Shown: one piece after another, positions 43,365-44,715 of the stretch
Layout: each line of letters begins with the position of its first letter
Numbering within the stretch: position 1 is the first letter of the stretch
DNA from: a virus
Lineage: Duplodnaviria; Caudoviricetes
Length of the DNA: 44,715 nt
Strand: one strand, 5' to 3'
Virus record (IMG/VR): IMGVR_UViG_3300037755_000740
Span: 1 to 44,715 of that record
Notes under the pieces: model-generated
The model's input: the letters and a program-made list of their open reading frames with translations, nothing else
What the model was told of the DNA's origin: nothing
The model's database searches: none
Position numbers and translations under genes: made by a program

Positions 43365-43489
43365 CCGGCACCCGGGTAGCAGTAGCCGTACCGTCCACCG
43401 CAACTCACAGGTGGGTTGTCAGAGCTGTAACAGCCCGCTCCTACTGCGAGTGCGACGACCAGACCCACGATCGCAAGACCCTTCTTCAC
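43361..43489 (-). CDS. 42-aa lipoprotein
   Basis: AAGGAG RBS, GTGA overlap; MKKGLAIVGLVVALAVGAG-C lipobox; below the ORF-track cutoff. Confidence 0.7.
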   Translation of the reverse strand: MKKGLAIVGLVVALAVGAGCYSSDNPPVSCGGRYGYCYPGAG

Positions 43490-43626
43490 GTCTGCTTCTC
43501 CTTCGTCAGTCCCTCGCGAAGTTGCTCGAGTTCGGTTCGTGCTTCGTCGCGTTCATCTTGAGCCAACACACGGAGAGCGTGCTCTTCTTCTGCAACGGCA
43601 CGCCAATTACGGGTTTCTGAGCTCAT
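43486..43626 (-). CDS. Small coiled-coil protein
   Basis: TGATG coupling; MSSETRNWRAVAEEE...ERDEARTEL. Confidence 0.65.
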   Translation of the reverse strand: MSSETRNWRAVAEEEHALRVLAQDERDEARTELEQLREGLTKEKQT

Positions 43627-43850
43627 CACCATTCCACTTCTCCACCCCATGGCCTCATGTGTGCGTCGTAGCACTTCACGTGGTACTTGCCTCTCCTCTT
43701 CACCTTCACGCTCCCTTCCTTGTCGAGTGGTTGGATGCACCAAGTACACACTGGGTGGCCGTCCGGGTCGTGCATCACGGTGTTGACGCGGTAATACGGC
43801 CGGATGGTGCCTTGCTCTACTTCTGGAACGAACGGACGATCCGCCGCCAC
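43626..43850 (-). CDS. Small zinc-finger-like protein
   Basis: CTWC...YHVKC. Confidence 0.6.
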   Translation of the reverse strand: MAADRPFVPEVEQGTIRPYYRVNTVMHDPDGHPVCTWCIQPLDKEGSVKVKRRGKYHVKCYDAHMRPWGGEVEW

Positions 43851-43957
43851 AGCGACACCTTCCGGATCGCTGCAGCGGTGTACACCGCGCGTTCCGCACT
43901 TTGCCGCGCCAGCTCGTCGAAGTGCGCGCGGTGCAAAGATTCTCGGTGCATCCCCAT
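43817..43957 (-). CDS. Small hypothetical protein
   Basis: GGGAGG RBS before ATG 43957; ends SLWRRIVRSF. Confidence 0.55.
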   Translation of the reverse strand: MGMHRESLHRAHFDELARQSAERAVYTAAAIRKVSLWRRIVRSFQK

Positions 43958-43959
43958 GT

Positions 43960-44238
43960 TCAACCTCCCGTCTTTCTCGTCACTCGCCAATCCAGCATGA
44001 CACCATGCTGAGCCGTAAGCGCCAGCGCTGCATTCCGATCCGACCATGGAACCTTGAGGTTCAGCACCCACTCGCCTTTCTGGTTGAGCTTCGCGTCGGT
44101 GAGCACAGCTTCGAATCGTGTGAGGGATGGTTGGACGCGCGTGGTGGTAGCGACAGGGAAGTTGTCGAGCTCTCCTTCGTCTTCAACCTCGTCCTCGAGT
44201 TCATCTTCGAACTTCACGTCGGCATCCACATCACTCAC
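43960..44238 (-). CDS. Hypothetical protein with acidic N-terminus
   Basis: GAGGGAG RBS, GTG start. Confidence 0.7.
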   Translation of the reverse strand: MSDVDADVKFEDELEDEVEDEGELDNFPVATTTRVQPSLTRFEAVLTDAKLNQKGEWVLNLKVPWSDRNAALALTAQHGVMLDWRVTRKTGG

Positions 44239-44629
44239 GCGCGTCTCCCTCGTCATCCAACGGGTCCGGTGACCGCACACCCGTGATCACTTCATCCCCC
44301 TGCAGCATCGGATCTGAGTCGGTCGGGTCGATGCCTTCGACATCATCGGTCCACCAGTCACCGCCACCTTGGGTGGGTGTCGTGACGTCCTCTTCGTTGG
44401 CTGGCTCGAGAGTTTCGCCTGGGCGAAGCGTGCCGAGCATCTGCCGACCGAGTTCACGAATGATCGCCGTGGTCTCACGTTGGCGGAGTTCTTCACGTCG
44501 AGCCTCGAGCCGCGCGCGATCCCACGTGGCCTGCCGGCGACGCTCGTATCGGCCTTCGTTGCGCCAGAGGAACACGCAAACAGCGAGGCCACCAACCACG
44601 ACCGCGACCACTTGAGCAACTTCACCCAT
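44231..44629 (-). CDS. Membrane-anchored hypothetical protein (first gene of the - arm)
   Basis: N-terminal TM VAQVVAVVVGGLAVCVFLW; acidic tail. Confidence 0.7.
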   Translation of the reverse strand: MGEVAQVVAVVVGGLAVCVFLWRNEGRYERRRQATWDRARLEARREELRQRETTAIIRELGRQMLGTLRPGETLEPANEEDVTTPTQGGGDWWTDDVEGIDPTDSDPMLQGDEVITGVRSPDPLDDEGDARE

Positions 44630-44635
44630 CGCGCC

Positions 44636-44706
44636 ACCTTCCCACGAACGTTTCGGCAATGTCAATAGTTGCGGCAACTCGAAAAAAGTATCTGACTAGT
44701 CAGATA
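44636..44706 (-). promoter_or_regulatory. Control region for the - arm: TTGACA (44665-44660) plus two palindromes
   Basis: AGTTGC-G-GCAACT (44667-44679) and perfect TATCTGACTAGTCAGATA (44689-44706); -10 element weak (GAAGGT at 18 nt). Confidence 0.55.
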
Positions 44707-44715
44707 AATACGGGT

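Larger units (their letters stand above)
1..44715. mobile_element. Tailed dsDNA bacteriophage genome (probable podovirus; probable actinobacterial host), complete or nearly complete
   Basis: Terminase, portal, scaffold, capsid, tail, lysis and DNA-metabolism genes in two converging arms; dense overlapping ATGA/TGATG gene junctions; no host housekeeping genes. Confidence 0.93.

Noticed and set aside
1-44715. Terminal direct repeats, integrase/attP, tRNA genes, CRISPR array
   Set aside because: The two ends share no visible repeat; no tyrosine/serine recombinase motifs, cloverleafs or regularly spaced repeats recognised by eye (tRNAscan and HMM searches not run)

Overview
The window looks like a complete or near-complete ~44.7 kb, high-GC tailed phage genome, probably of an actinobacterial host (Rpf-type lysozyme, LPxTG-anchored protein, actinophage-type holin and amidase). 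It has two converging arms. The + arm (about 450-14100) carries small early genes (including a short ArdA anti-restriction protein), a recombination/repair-type DNA module (RHH regulator, DinG/XPD-like helicase, Cas4-like exonuclease, Sak4-like ATPase, ERCC4-(HhH)2 nuclease, HNH), a SAM methyltransferase, a secreted Rpf-like enzyme and an LPxTG surface protein. The - arm (44629 down to 14089) carries accessory genes, terminase, portal, endolysin, tail nozzle and spike, scaffold, major capsid protein, decoration proteins, a GT2 glycosyltransferase, holin, adaptor, putative ejection proteins and a tail fibre. I see no tape measure protein, so the virion is probably a podovirus. I did not recognise a DNA polymerase, primase, integrase, tRNA or CRISPR array. 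The most striking observation is an intergenic hairpin (6025-6073) whose loop is perfectly complementary to an extended ribosome-binding motif (GAAGGGAACGCA) shared by several + strand genes, which suggests a phage-encoded antisense sRNA regulon. Also notable: an apparent ATC start for the major capsid gene, an internal start in the endolysin, repeat-flanked gene cassettes and G4/Z-DNA-prone sequence at the left end. All product calls come from motifs recognised by eye; no database search or folding program was run.
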